A stretch of 64,000 nucleotides of DNA. Origin: Lama glama (taxonomy: Eukaryota). The translations under genes were made by a program, and so were the position numbers. Below, piece by piece: positions 1 to 12,045 of this stretch; position 1 is the stretch's first letter, and each line of letters begins with the position of its first letter. The notes below the pieces were generated by a model. It was given only the letters and a program-made list of their open reading frames with translations. It searched no databases and had not been told where the DNA came from. The stretch lies in contig CM052817.1 of NCBI GenBank assembly GCA_028534125.1, forward strand, positions 436,001 to 500,000, given 5' to 3'.

Positions 1-880
1 AAAGCAAATTCCAGGCCAGAGGTCATTTTCACTCAGTTTTCCACGTGCATCTCTAACTAGTAAGGTCTTTACAAAACAATGTATCCGTCATGCCATTATG
101 ACGCCTACAAAAAGTAGTAATTCCTTACGATCGTTTCAGCCAGTTCATGGTCAAGTGCCCCTGACGATCTGAAACGGTCTTCTTACAGCTGCTTCGCTTA
201 ACTCGGCACCTGCTGGTTATGTCTCGTGAGTCTCTCATGCTGGGGGGCCCCTGCCCCCCACCCAGCCTTTGCCTCCCAGGGGGTCGTTGGAGAAAGGTTA
301 CTTGCTCAGAGTGACCCGTATCCCGGTTGTAGGTGGGAGTGTCCCAGGCGTTGCTGGACCCAGGACCTGCCCACGAGCCCCCCAGGGTCCTTGGCAACGT
401 GCAGGCATGTGGGTTCTGGGCCAGGCTGCCCATGGCCCGGCTCTGCGTGGCGAGGCTTGGTGCCTCCTTGTTTCCCACAGGCTGGTGTGTCTTGGGCCCA
501 GACCTGGAGTGGGAGTGACGGGCTCAGGCTCCCTGTTGCCTCACAGCAGAGGTCGAGACCTGCTTTGAGGGTGGGCCCTGGGTGAGCTCAGTGCTGCCCA
601 CTTGGGTACCCGGGTCTGGCTCCTGCTCAGCCGTTACCCGGTGGCTTTAACACCCAGTCAAGCTCTGTCCCTCCATCCATTATTTCCTCAGTGGGGGCTG
701 TAAGGAAAGCGTTCCCTGTGACTGCACGGTTGCCCTGAAGTACCGTCTGTGTAGAAAGGGCAGGCGGCATGCTTGATTCTTCCCCTGCGATGATCAATTC
801 TCAAAGTAACACCCCGCTGCCTTAGTAGCCTCCTGTGGTAGCCAGGGGGCCTTCGTCAGTGTGTCCTGATGACACTAGGT
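1..880 (-). mobile_element. Degraded ancient L1 3'-region fragments (L1MC-like), discontinuous
   Basis: Resembles the recalled antisense L1MC 3' consensus (aaagcaaattccag...tcattt; aggcaggcggcatgcttgattcttcccc). Confidence 0.5.
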
Positions 881-884
881 GTTT

Positions 885-2620
885 TGTTTTTCTGGGAATG
901 TCTTAACTCCCCCCTCACCTTTGAAAGGCAGTTCTACCAGACTAGATTCTTGGTTGATGGAGGTTTCCTTCGGGCACCTTTAATACACTGGCGCTCTGGC
1001 CCTTAAGGTCTCTGCTGAGAAGTGCAGTGAGTCTGTCAAGGGTCCCTTGGATGTGACAGTCGCTGCTTTGGCTGTTTTTCAAAGTTCTCTCTTTGCCTTT
1101 GTCTTTGTTCTTTAGGGTTTTTTTGGTGGGGGGAGAAGGTAATTAGGTTTATTTTTAGAGGAGGTACTGGGGATTGAACCAGGACCTCATGCATGCTAAG
1201 CACGCGCTCTGCCCCTGAGCTGTACCCTCCCCCTCTTTGCCTTTGTCTTCAGAAGTTTGATTATAATGTGTCTTCTTTGGGGTCTCTGAACTCATTTTAC
1301 TTGGAATTCAGTGAGCTTCTTGGATGTTTATACTGATGTCTTTCATCAAATTTCAAATGTTTTCAGCCATCATTTCTTCAAGTATTCTCTGCCTTTTTCT
1401 TTCTCTTTGCCTTCTGGGACTCCCACAATGTGTATGTTGGTTCACTTGGCGGTGTCCCACAAGGCCCTTAGGCTCTGTTCATTTTTCTTCAATCTTTTTC
1501 CTTTCTGGTCTTCAAACTCTATAAATTCCATTGTCTTATCTTAAATTCACTGATTCTCCTACCTGCTGAAAATCTGCCTTTGAATTCTTCTAGTGGATTT
1601 TAAATTTCATTTATTATGCCTTTCAGCTCCAGAATTTCTTTTTGGTTTCTTTTTGGGGGTTTCGTCTCTTTATTGGTTTTTCTGTTTTGTTCACACATCC
1701 TTTTCTTGATTTTCTCCACATCTTCCTTTAGTTCTTTGAACATCTTTGAAGCAGTCATTTTAAAGTCTTTGTCTCCAGTGTACTTGCCATTAGATCTTTT
1801 TCAAGAATGGTTTCTGTGATTTGTTTTTCCTTTGCATAGTCCATTCTTTCCTGTTTATTTGTGTGCCTTGTGATTTTGTTGTCGCTACTGAACATGAACA
1901 TTTGGGTCTGGTAGCACGGTAATTCTGGGCACCAGGCGACCTCCTTCTCTGAGGTTTCCTGTTTTGTGTTGTCATTGCTGTTGTGGATAGCTGTCGGCTG
2001 TCTCTGTCTGAGGAGCAGCCTGAGGTGTAGACATAAGGTTTTCATTTCTGAGATTTTCCCTCAGCATGTGTTGTCGCTTTGTAATTTTCCCTGTATATGC
2101 AGTTTTCTTTTTTTAATGCCCTTGTCTTTAATATTTGGTTCCCGAAAGTGAGAAAAGGTGGAAAATAAAAGGGTGGTCACCTGGAGGACACCAGCTGGGG
2201 GGAGGGGCTTGCAACAGCAGGGGAGGTGCTCCTGCCTCCTTGCTTCTTTGTTACTAGAAGCAGCAGTCAGTGATCAGAGCACAGATCCCCAGCATTTGGA
2301 GAACAGGCTCTTTTTTGCCACCCTGGCTCCCACCAGCTGTGTTCAGGCTGCTCCAGAAATGGATGTATTGCCTCCTGGCCTCCTGCCTCCTGGCTGGGGG
2401 TAGGGGTGGGTAGCTGCTACTGTGCTAAGAGCCAAAATTGACCAAAATTAACGCAATTTACCATTCCAGGCTTCTGCAAACCAGAGTCGCAAGCCATCAA
2501 CAGACTCCAGAGTTCCCAAATGGCTACATCAGAGGATTCTGCCCCTGCAGTTGATGTCCTGGTGGGAGACAGAGTCTCACCTCTCACCTCCTACTCCACC
2601 ATCTGCCCCTTGTCCTGTGG
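885..2620 (-). mobile_element. Old L1 5'/ORF1 region, antisense, interrupted by a SINE
   Basis: T-rich antisense L1 ORF1-type text (tctgggaatgtctta...attcttggttga; gagcttcttggatgtt...tttcagccatcatttcttcaa; ctgggactcccacaatgtgtatgttgg). Confidence 0.75.
1106..1232 (-). mobile_element. tRNA(Ala)-derived SINE (camelid Vic-1-like) with 17-bp target-site duplication
   Basis: Minus strand reads GGGGAGGGTACAGCTCAGGGGCAGAGCGCGTGCTTAGCATGCATGAGGTCCTGGTTCAATCCCCAGTACCTCC (A/B boxes) plus an A-rich tail. Exact direct repeat ctctttgcctttgtctt at 1089-1105 and 1233-1249. Confidence 0.88.
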
Positions 2621-2749
2621 CTCTTGTGCTCTTTGTACAGAGTGACACTAATTCTTTAATATGAAAGCCTGGTATAAAGAGTTTTTCTGTTGGGCTGTCA
2701 TTGCCTCTGAGCTTTCTCAGGGGACAGAGATAGGGGATGCGTCTGTGCT

Positions 2750-3650
2750 GAGGCAAGTCTTCTAGAAGTCCTTCCAGTGTGGTTCTCTTGCTAGTAAAGT
2801 CTCTCAGTTGTTAATTTGAAAATGTATGAAAGCCGTCATTCTTGACAGAAGGGGTTGAGCTCACGAGTCTGGGCAGCCAGTTTGTTTCTCTCAACATGTT
2901 AAAAGTTTTGCTGGACTGCCTTCTGATCCTCTGCTGCTGCCGAGAGGCTGTGCACCCCAGACGCTCCTTTACAGGTGGCCTGCTCTCTTCCTCTGGGTCC
3001 TTGGAAGGACTTCGCTGTGTTTGGTCCTCGGCAGTTTCGTGTGATGTGCATGGACCTGACTGCTTTCGGTCAGGTGTCCTGTATGGGGTACACTGTGCTT
3101 TCTGTTTCCAGAGATACCTTTTTATTTTAGCCAGTTCTGTAGCTTTTGTACTGCTTTCTCTTTAAATATTATCTCTACCCCACATCGCTGTTGTTTCCTT
3201 CATAGTGTCTGATTTAAAACATTTTGTGACTTCTTGTTTTATATTCCATATCATTTTGAATACTTCCGTATCTCTGCCTCTTTGTGCTGCATCCTCAGGT
3301 GATGTGTCTTCCAGTTCACAAAGTCTTTCTCCAGCTGTGCCTGGATTAGCTCTTCAACCCACTGACCGAGGCCCTGCCATTCTACACCATTTTTCCTTTC
3401 CTAATCTATCTATTTGTTTCTAATTATTCCTTTCTGATTGGTCTTGTTTTTTACTTGTTCTGTATTTTATTTCTGACAATTTTGGTATCTGTGATCGTTG
3501 GTTTTTTTCCTGCTGACTTTCAATTACAGTGACTTGTTTTCTTATTTAATTGATGACTTTGTGTTGCAGTCACTGCTTGGTTTTGGTTGGTGGGAGGTGG
3601 GAAAGCTTTTCATAGACAGATAATGTTTCTGCTCTTCTCTTGTCCTAGGG
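2750..3650 (-). mobile_element. Highly degraded ancient L1 (L1ME-like) ORF1 region
   Basis: T-rich antisense L1-like text (agtaaagtctctcagt...tgaaaatgt...tttctctcaacatgttaaaa...ctgccttctg). Confidence 0.5.
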
Positions 3651-5016
3651 CCACCACTGACCTTGAGGGCAGCACTTGGTGGGGGGTGGGCACCAGGTTG
3701 TCTTCCTGACTCTGCCCTGACCCAGGCTCAGCTGCAGCCCTCAGGTAACCCAGCCTTTCCCAGCTGCACACAAGCTTACTTAACTTGCCCCAACCCCACC
3801 TCCTCTTTGCTCCAAGCCCAGTTCAGTTTTTTGTTTGCTTATTTTTGGAAGTGAGAGGAGAAAGTGAGAGTTCCCCCCTACCTCTTATGAAAAGGGCTGT
3901 GTCTCAAGTGTTGTGTCCATCCAGCGTCTGGGGTCTGGGTGCTGTGGTGGTGGAAGAGCTCTCCTCAGAGTACGTGGGCAGACCCAGAGCCCAAGGCAGG
4001 CACCTGGGCTATGCCATCTAAATATGCTTTTTGTGGTTTCAGTGGAATCTGGGTGGAAATGAAGTTAGATGTGACTTTTCAGCTCACTGTCTCTGCCAGG
4101 AAGACCCCTCCTGTCATCCTCAATGTCCTGCCCTCTGCTTTCTTCCCTGGTGCCACCAGCTGCTCGCCCCTGCCCCCAGTACCTGCTTGTTGCTGAGTCC
4201 AGTGAGTCATTCCCATGATCTCACCTCCTTCCCACTCTGCTTCCTCCTGGACAGGCTGGCGCTGGATCCTGCCCCTCCTGGGCCCATCCAGCAGCCCCTC
4301 GAGCCCCAGCATTTGCATCTCCAGCCTACGTGAGAGGCCTGCAGGTGCCAGCATAGGTGCTGAGACCACTCCGCTTGGCCCAGCATCCCCCATCTGTTCA
4401 GGCTGAGATGGCGCAGCAGAACCACGGGAGTGAGCCCCTCTTCCTCAGCCCTCCCCCTGGGCCAGCCCCATCAGGCCAAGATCTTCCTGAACTTAATGCT
4501 ATGAAGTAGAACCAGTCAACATAGACATCCCTGGTTGGACACCAGTCTAGGAGTATTTCTCTTGCCTTTACATCAAGTTAGCCTGGGATTCATTCACTTC
4601 TTACCACTTCCACCCCCTTCTCTGGGCTAGTGCTCTAGCCTCTAACTCCCTTTTCCTGCCTTTGCCCTCTTCACTCTGCTCTCAAAATGACCAGATGACC
4701 CTTCACTACATTCGCTGATGAGTTACTTCCCTACTCAAACCTCCTGTGTGACATTCCATCCATTCTTCACTCACCAGGAGCAGCAGCTCCCAGCCCACCT
4801 GACCAGGCCTCCTGCCAGGCTCACCCACCCTCTGCCAGCCGTGCAGCCCCCCATCATCCCCCAAACACAGCAGGGCCTTTGCTTTGAGCTGTTCTTCTGT
4901 CTGGGATGCTCACTGCCCCACCTTCACAAGGCTTCCCCTTTGTTCTTCAGAGCTCTGCTTAGAGGGGGCTTGCCAGTGAGGGTGTCCCCAACCAGCTTCC
5001 TGAAGGAGTGTCCCAC

Positions 5017-5880
5017 ACCACCAGTACCAGCACCTTCAACACCACCACTGCCAACACCACCATCACCGTCATCCTCATCACCATCATCACCACTGTCACC
5101 ACCGCCACCATCATCTTCACCGTCACCACAACCACCATCACTGCCACCATCATCTTCACCGTCAGCACAACCACCATCACTGCCACCATCATCTTCACCG
5201 TCAGCACAACCACCATCACTGCCACCATCATCTTCACCGTNNNNNNNNNNNNNNNNNNNNNNNNNNNNNNNNNNNNNNNNNNNNNNNNNNNNNNNNNNNN
5301 NNNNNNNNNNNNNNNNNNNNNNNNNNNNNNNNNNNNNNNNNNNNNNNNNNNNNNNNNNNNNNNNNNNNNNNNNNNNNNNNNNNNNNNNNNNNNNNNNNNN
5401 NNNNNNNNNNNNNNNNNNNNNNNNNNNNNNNNNNNNNNNNNNNNNNNNNNNNNNNNNNNNNNNNNNNNNNNNNNNNNNNNNNNNNNNNNNNNNNNNNNNN
5501 NNNNNNNNNNNNNNNNNNNNNNNNNNNNNNNNNNNNNNNNNNNNNNNNNNNNNNNNNNNNNNNNNNNNNNNNNNNNNNNNNNNNNNNNNNNNNNNNNNNN
5601 NNNNNNNNNNNNNNNNNNNNNNNNNNNNNNNNNNNNNNNNNNNNNNNNNNNNNNNNNNNNNNNNNNNNNNNNNNNNNNNNNNNNNNNNNNNNNNNNNNNN
5701 NNNNNNNNNNNNNNNNNNNNNNNNNNNNNNNNNNNNNNNNCAACCACCATCACTGCCACCATCATCTTCACCGTCACCACAACCACCATCACTGCCACCA
5801 TCATCTTCACCGTCACCACAACCACCATCACTGCCACCATCATCTTCACCGTCACCACAACCACCATCACTGCCACCATC
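5017..5880. repeat. CAC/CAT-rich tandem repeat with a 39-bp unit (caaccaccatcactgccaccatcatcttcaccgtcacca), spanning an assembly gap
   Basis: Near-identical 39-mers on both sides of the N run; more degenerate triplet repeat at 5017-5110. Confidence 0.95.
5241..5740. other. Assembly gap (500 N)
   Basis: Run of exactly 500 n. Confidence 1.
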
Positions 5881-8367
5881 AGCGCCAGCAGCAGTGTCCC
5901 ATCCCCTCTTCATCAGAGCCTGAGCAGCGTCTAATGCAGGTTTACTTTCGTTGGGTGCCTCCTTCAAATCTCGGTAGTTCTTGAGTCCATTGTAGGTGCC
6001 CTGCTCTCTGGGTCGCTGTCCTCAGTGTGTGGCTGTTTCAGTTTGTGCTCCAGGGCCTGGAGCACCCCACATGGGCAGTGAGCATTCTAGCCCCAAAGAG
6101 GACACTCATCATCCCCAACCCCGTGCTCCAGAAGGAGGGGGAAGTGGACGTGGGTGTCACGGGGGTCCTTCCAGGGTTCCCCTGCCCTGCACGTGGCACA
6201 TGGTGCAGGGCACACGAATCCTGTCTGCAGTCTTTGTCACTGGACGCCAGTGTGTACCCATCTGTTTGGTTAAAATCTGTAATGGTGTCGTGGGCTTGGG
6301 TCAATGGTCCCCTTTTAGTTTTAGCTCAGGTTTGGATAACCCAGTGCACATGCTTAACTACGTGCCACCCACGATCCTCCCAAGGTCAACCGCTTTGTGG
6401 GTCTGGTTTTGTACTTCGCTGTCTCTTCTGACTTAGGGGTGTCATTTTCCTGTGCTCAGTGGGTTTGACTGTGCATTCATGTCTTGGTGGGACCCCTCTG
6501 AGTCCTGAGTCCACAGTGGGGTCTCCAGGGGGATGCATGTGTTTCTTCCAGGTGCCTCGGGGTTAATCAGGGGGTTGCGGATGCTTACTGTGGTCTCAGG
6601 CCCTGGGCCTGGGTGGGTGTGGCCCTACATTCAGGGTGCAGAACCACATGCAGGAGAGCTGTGCTCTCCCATCGCAGGGCTGTCTGTCTGCTGGCCCCCA
6701 CCGGGGCTGTTCTGTGGGGCCCTTGGACACCAGGCTGAGGGTCCAGAGGTCAGCAGGGCTGTTCGGGTGACTCTGGCTCCGGCTCGTCACTCACCAGTGG
6801 CCGCTCGTTGTTGCGGCCTCAGACGGGCCCCTACCTCCTGTGGTTTCCCTAGTGCGTTACTGTAAAAGGTGCCTCCTTTGTCTGGTACTTTCAGGTGCTG
6901 GGGGTCAGGGCTCCTGCAAAACAGATGACGTGATCAAGTCACCGTGCGCGCCCCACCCCCAGAGCTGCTTGCTGGGCGCCTGCAAGGCAGCCCCTGCCCG
7001 GGGCTGGAATGTCGGTCTTCCTGAACTCTCGGGGAGCCTGGCCCAGGTGGCGCTTCGGTGCTGTGCAGGGAGACTGCCTTGCGGGGCTTGGGCACAGCAC
7101 CTGGTTTGGGTCCTTCCTGGGCTCACAGTGTGGGGCAGGGCTGGCACCCCCATGGGGAGTGCTGGGCATGAAGTATGTTTGCATTGTGCCCCGAGACTGT
7201 GCCCTTGAGGCCACGGAGAGCGTCTGCTCAGAATCTTCTGCACACAGGCCTCCTCCCAGCAAGTGTGTAGTCGGGTTAGCAGGCGGTCCTGGAGTCCGTG
7301 TGCCCAGGGTGTCAGCTCACCAGTGGGGCTTCCACCTGAGTTGGGGAGAAACGGATCACTGGCAGCTGCTTCCACCGCTTCCTCCCCAAGGTCAAGAGCC
7401 ACGGTAACCATGGGGTACAGATCTGTTATGGTGCAGATGGGTGGGGGGTCCAAGGTTGAGCTCGTGGGGAGGGGTGTCAGGGAGCACGGGGGCGCCACCA
7501 GTGGAGATGGAGAAGGAGCAGGGCCTGGGGGTCAAGGGATGTGGGGGGCACCTGCTCCTGAGAGGGTGAGGACACAAGCAATGTCCCGGCCCCCAGGTTC
7601 AGCGACATGGTGGATGTGGGCCTGGATGGCCGTGGAGGGAAGGGGAAGGCGGACTCTGGACGGAAGTTCTATGAGCCCGTGAGGGAGCAGGGGCTCCGCG
7701 GAAAAGAAGCCGCCAAGAGAGGTGTGTCCTGCGGTAGAAGGACGAGCAGGTCTGCTGGTGCGCAGGGACCGGGGCACACGGTGGGGGGAGAACCCTTATG
7801 GGCTGGGGCTGGGGGGAGGCCCTGACTAGCCACTCGGACGGCACTCGGACAGGTCACCTGAGGCGACCAGTGGGAGGACCCAGCCCAGAGCTGGGGGGAG
7901 AGGCACCGTCAGGAGGAAGAGGGTGGGTAAGGGGGTCTCCATGTGGGGGAGAGTCCCAGAGTGGGCAGGAGCAGACGGAGGAAGCAGCGCTTGGGCCCTG
8001 GGAGGTGGGGTCTGTGGGGTCCAGTCCTCACGAGGCCGCGCAGCAGGAGGAGCAGGGAGCAGCCGTCCCCACGGAGGGATCCAGGACGGCAGCACAACGT
8101 CCTGAACCCCGCCCTCAGACCAGCGCCAGGCAGGTGAGCGGGGAGCCCTCAGGGCATCCCCGTGAGGTCGGGGGCCTGGGGGAGGGGATGCAGCCGACCG
8201 GGTGCTGTGTCTCCCTGCAGTAGGGCAGGCGGGGGTGTGACGGCTCCTTGGTGCTGTGCCGACCGACCGACACTGGCTCCTCCGTGAGGTCGGGGCTGGA
8301 GGGCAGCCCATCTGCCTCCCCGCCCCCCGCCCAGCAAACAGGAGACCAGGGCGCCGAGACCACGGTC

Positions 8368-8373
8368 TTTATT
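8368..8373 (-). terminator. SPON2: SPON2 polyadenylation signal AATAAA
   Basis: tttatt on + strand about 320 nt after the stop codon, followed on the minus strand by a U/GU-containing stretch (ggtctcctgtttgc). Confidence 0.8.
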
Positions 8374-8693
8374 CAAGGGCAGGGATGGGACCCGCGCTGG
8401 TGGGGTGGGGGGCGCAGGCGGGGCTCTGGGCCACCAGGTCTGAGGTATTTTGTGGCTGAGCGGGTTCGGGGCTCCTGCCGCGCAGCCCAGCGGTCTCTGG
8501 GTAGGAGCCACCCTCCCGCTGGTGTGGACGTGCCGGGCTCCAGAAGCTTGCTCACAGGATGGTCCTCCCTCCCCGCGGGCATGTCTGGGCAGAGGGTCGG
8601 CCCCCAGCGGAGCTCAGAGAGGCAAGGACACCCCCGGCTGCTCCCTGCTCAGCCCCAAGCCCGGTGACCTCTCGCCGGCCGCGTGGGCCAGTC

Positions 8694-8878
8694 TCAGACG
8701 CAGTTGTCGGGGACGCACTCGGCCTCCTCTTCCAGCTCCGGGCAGGGCGCCCCCTGGTTGGCGGGCTGCACGCGGACATAGCGAGTCCTGCTCTTGGAGC
8801 CCAGCTGCCCGCAGGGGCCCCCACACAGCCCCCAGGACGACCACAGGGAGACTTCGCAGTCCAGCGGCGTTTCTGGAG
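8694..8878 (-). CDS. SPON2: SPON2 last coding exon (thrombospondin type-1 repeat)
   Basis: Acceptor gtccag|CT; encodes [23 protein letters not shown]...[34 protein letters not shown] at 8696-8694. Confidence 0.97.
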
Positions 8879-9983
8879 CTGGACGGAGCACAGGGAAGGC
8901 AGTAAGCGAGGAGGGGCTTCGGGGCAGAAGGGGCCTGCGATCCTCACACGAGCCCGCCTTCAACTTGGTGAGGGAGCGCTAGGTGCTCCCCCGGGGTTTA
9001 GGGTGGACCGCAGGATGGCGCCGCCACGCCAGCTCCTACAAGCACCGCAGGTACCTGGGTCAGCGTTTCTGTGCTGAGGGCTAGGCACGGCTCTCGCCCA
9101 CTCTCGGGCCGGTGGGGGCCAGGGGAGCGGAGGACGTGTTGTGAGCCGCGCCCTGACGCAGGCACAGGCTGGCGGGGCCTTGACCACCTGCTCTGCTGTC
9201 CCAGTCACTGACCGTCTGGGCAGCTGACCGCTGCGGGAGCACAGACCCACGTTTGCCCAGCACCCGCCTCCGTGGCGGGCGCTGCCGCCTCCACTGGACC
9301 CCTGTGAGGAGGGCCGCAAGGGACCCACTGGCGCAGGTCTTCCCCGTCAGCTGGGACGCTGGGGAGCCGGGCTGGGCCCCGGGACGCACCTCTGGGCTGC
9401 AGGCTGGAAAGCTTTCAGCCGAAAACACTGGCTCCTCAGTTTGGGGTTTGTGAACCAAACCCCAGTCTCTCAGGACCCACGTCCCTCCCCGGATGCTCTG
9501 ATCCTGTTCTGAAGTCACTCAGAGACACGGGTTCACGCGGCCCAGACAGCGTCTGAGCCCCCGCGGCCTCTCCTGGTTTGACCCCCTCCTCGCCCCCTGC
9601 ATGGCCTCTGGAACGGAGCGACATTTCGCAGCTCTGTGGCCTCATGTGTGAGTGCGGCTGGCGAGGGGGTGCTCCCCGGAGGGTGGACAGGCGGGGCGGG
9701 GCCTGGGCCCTGACTGTCACCCTTGTGGGGGTGCACGCGGGCAGCAGGGTGGACACTCACTTCGGAGGGTTTTTCTAAGGCTGAGCAAGAAGAGCTGTGC
9801 GGGGGCTCGAGGCCAGCGGCATTGACGTCTCAGTGACACACACACACTGAGGGGCGCTCCTGTCCCCACACGGCCAGGGGTGGGTGTCTCAGCCGCCCGC
9901 CAGCTCGAGCGCGTGGTGCCCAGGACCCTGCATGTGAAGGGCAGGGAAGAGAGGAGCGGCCCCGCGGCGGGAACCAGGCTTAC

Positions 9984-10158
9984 CTGACAGGCTGTCCACA
10001 ATCTCGTTGCCCCTGCCCACCAGGTCCGGAGCAGGCGGGGCAAAGCCCCTGGGGCCCTGCCGGAGCCGCACCAGGGTCACTCTGGCCATGGGAGGCAGGG
10101 CCTTCAGCCGCGGGTAGTAGAAGGAGTTTGCGGGGTGGCTGGGGGAGGAGGCTGTTAT
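9984..10158 (-). CDS. SPON2: SPON2 coding exon 4
   Basis: Acceptor ccccag|ATA; encodes [34 protein letters not shown]...EIVDSLS; donor G|gtaagc; 175 nt. Confidence 0.96.
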
Positions 10159-10457
10159 CTGGGGGAGGGGAGGGCGTCAGCGAGGGCTGGCGAACAGGAG
10201 CGCCTACGTGTGCAAGTCACCCAGTCGCGAGCTGGAGCTAGGGGTCCAGTGGGCAGTGCGGAGAACAGACCCCGAGCGGCCCCTCTGGTGCCACGCGGCA
10301 CGGCCCTGACCTCTCCTCCGTGGCCTGTGGCCTCCGCCCCCTCCCTGCGATGCAGCTGCTTGTCCACTGGGACGCGACCAACAGGGGTATCTTCTAAACG
10401 AGGGGCAGAGCCAGGCACCCAGAGAGCCACCTCCCCGAGGGGACCGCTGGCCCTCAC

Positions 10458-10649
10458 CTCGGTCACCGTGTCCTGTGGGATGGTGGCGAAGTTGGGGGAC
10501 GAGAAGGTGAAGCCGCTGTCTGTCCCAGCATCATAGGGGTAGAGGTCCACAGCCACCTGCTCCCGCCAGCGGTCACCGTCACACAGGTCCAGGCTGTCGA
10601 CGCCCACAAACCAGTCGGGGCTGGGGATGATGCGGACCACGAAGGACAC
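10458..10649 (-). CDS. SPON2: SPON2 coding exon 3
   Basis: Acceptor ccccag|; encodes [25 protein letters not shown]...[26 protein letters not shown]; donor gtgagg; 192 nt. Confidence 0.97.
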
Positions 10650-10719
10650 CTGGGGAGCCGGGTGCTCAGCCAGGGGCCACCGCACTCCACACCCTCCCTC
10701 CTGTGGCCGCCCCACTCAC

Positions 10720-10943
10720 GAGCGAGTGCCTGGAGTGGACCTCGAGCTCCGCGGAGGTCTGCCCGGTGCCACTGGGCACGGCAGGGGCTGAGAACACCGC
10801 GTGCACGCTCTGCAGCTTCTCCCCAGCCGCCTCGATCTCCCTCATCAGGGCCCAGGCCTCGCCCCGCTCTGCGAAGTCCCGCAGCCCGGTGCTGACGTAC
10901 TGGTCCTTCCTCCACATGCTGTAGTCGGAGCTGTGTGCTGCCC
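10720..10943 (-). CDS. SPON2: SPON2 coding exon 2
   Basis: Acceptor cccacag|GG; encodes [12 protein letters not shown]...ERGEAW...[11 protein letters not shown]; donor gtgagt; 224 nt. Confidence 0.97.
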
Positions 10944-11312
10944 CTGTGGGCGCCGCCCGCCGCATGAGCAGCCTGCCCAGTGGACCCGTCCTGCCTCCCC
11001 CAGCATGGCCGGACTGCAGTCCACCCGCCACGTGCAGAGGGGATGTCCTGCTGGCTGCCTCGTGCTGCCCAGCACCTCGCTGGTGTGACCAGTGTCTGGC
11101 CTGCCCATGACCCTGGCCACCCTACCCCCGCCACATCCCCAAAGTCCAGAACGTGGCTGCCAGCACACAGTCGGCACTTAGTAATAACATTTCCTGCACT
11201 GAAATGAATTGGTTGAAAGTGCCCTACAAACTGTGAAGTGCAGTGCAACCGTTGGGTGACTGTCCCCGCCCAGGTAGGGGAGTCACTGCTGGATATTCAG
11301 GGCTGCACTCAC

Positions 11313-11535
11313 CTAGCAGGGATGACCACTGTGCGGGCGGGCGGAACAGGGGGTACTGCTTGGGGAAGGACGCCTGGCTCCACTTGCCCGTGAAGGTGAT
11401 GCTGTACCTGGCCAGGGCCTGGGCAGTGCACATGGACTCTCCCCCAAGTGGCTGTCCAGCTGAGGAGCCAAGCGTGGCCAGGAGGAGGGCCCAGAGGACC
11501 CTGCCCCTGGTGACAGCCGCACTCGGGGTTTCCAT
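11313..11535 (-). CDS. SPON2: SPON2 first coding exon (signal peptide and start of spondin domain)
   Basis: ATG at 11535, 3 nt after the acceptor ...ctcctag|CTG. Encodes [23 protein letters not shown]...QWSSLLG. Donor G|gtgagt at 11312; 223 nt, phase 1. Confidence 0.96.
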
Positions 11536-11952
11536 CAGCTAGGAGGAGAGGAGGGAGGGAGGTCCCAGACGCCCTGCAGCACAGACCCCTGGGTATGGGC
11601 CTCTGAGGACGGCTGGGCACATCCATCCGTGTCCCCCCCCCTGGCCTGGGCTGGGCTGACCCGGTGGCTGGAAAGCCACGCCGGGTCGGATTACAGGAAC
11701 CCAGGTGCCTGGCAGGTTACGGACGCCTGGCACCAGGAGCTCACAGCCGGCTCAGCGCCCTGCGGCTGTCCTGAGTGCATGCCTCTGGCACTGCGGTTGA
11801 GGGAACCCTGGCAACCTGGAGGATGGCGTGCCCCGGACTTGAGGGCACTCTTGGGCCTCCCTCTTGGGGTGCTGCGGGGCTCTGGGCAGGGGGAGGGGAA
11901 GGCGCCAGAAGGCCAGGGCATCTAGGGTGGGGACAGCACACGCAGTACTCAC

Positions 11953-11990
11953 CCAGCTGGAGTGACCAGAGGGCCCTGGGCAGCCGAAGG
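11953..11990 (-). other. SPON2: Probable SPON2 non-coding first exon (5' end estimated)
   Basis: Consensus donor G|gtgagt at 11952-11947, about 65 nt downstream of a TATA-like CATAAAT. The coding exon has an acceptor only 3 nt before its ATG, so an upstream exon is required. Confidence 0.65.
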
Positions 11991-12013
11991 TCCCAGCAGA
12001 GCCCAGAGCTCCA

Positions 12014-12045
12014 ATTTATGCCGCGGACAGCCCCCGGCCACCAAT
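12014..12045 (-). promoter_or_regulatory. SPON2: SPON2 core promoter: TATA-like CATAAAT (12020-12014) and inverted CCAAT (12041-12045)
   Basis: Both motifs are read directly; spacing to the donor at 11952 fits a roughly 40-nt first exon. Confidence 0.55.

Larger units (their letters stand above)
4200..5960 (+). mobile_element. L2 LINE fragment, split by the VNTR and gap
   Basis: L2-like motifs such as cagggcctttgc...gctgttcttctgtctgggatgctc and cttccctactcaaacctcc; similarity appears to resume after the repeat. Confidence 0.55.
8350..11990 (-). other. SPON2: SPON2 gene span (spondin-2/mindin); CDS join(11535..11313,10943..10720,10649..10458,10158..9984,8878..8694), 999 nt, 332 aa
   Basis: Five GT-AG-bounded exons with compatible phases splice into signal peptide + spondin domain ([29 protein letters not shown]) + C-terminal TSR ([12 protein letters not shown]...CVPDNCV*). 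Transcript ends are estimates. Confidence 0.97.

Noticed and set aside
1160..1232. tRNA-Ala gene
   Set aside because: It has an A-rich tail and TSD and a degenerate cloverleaf, so it is a SINE.
4718..5967. 300-400 aa ORFs on both strands (Pro/Ser-, Thr-, Gly/Asp- or Val-rich)
   Set aside because: Artefacts of a triplet-based tandem repeat plus 500 Ns; no splice or promoter context.
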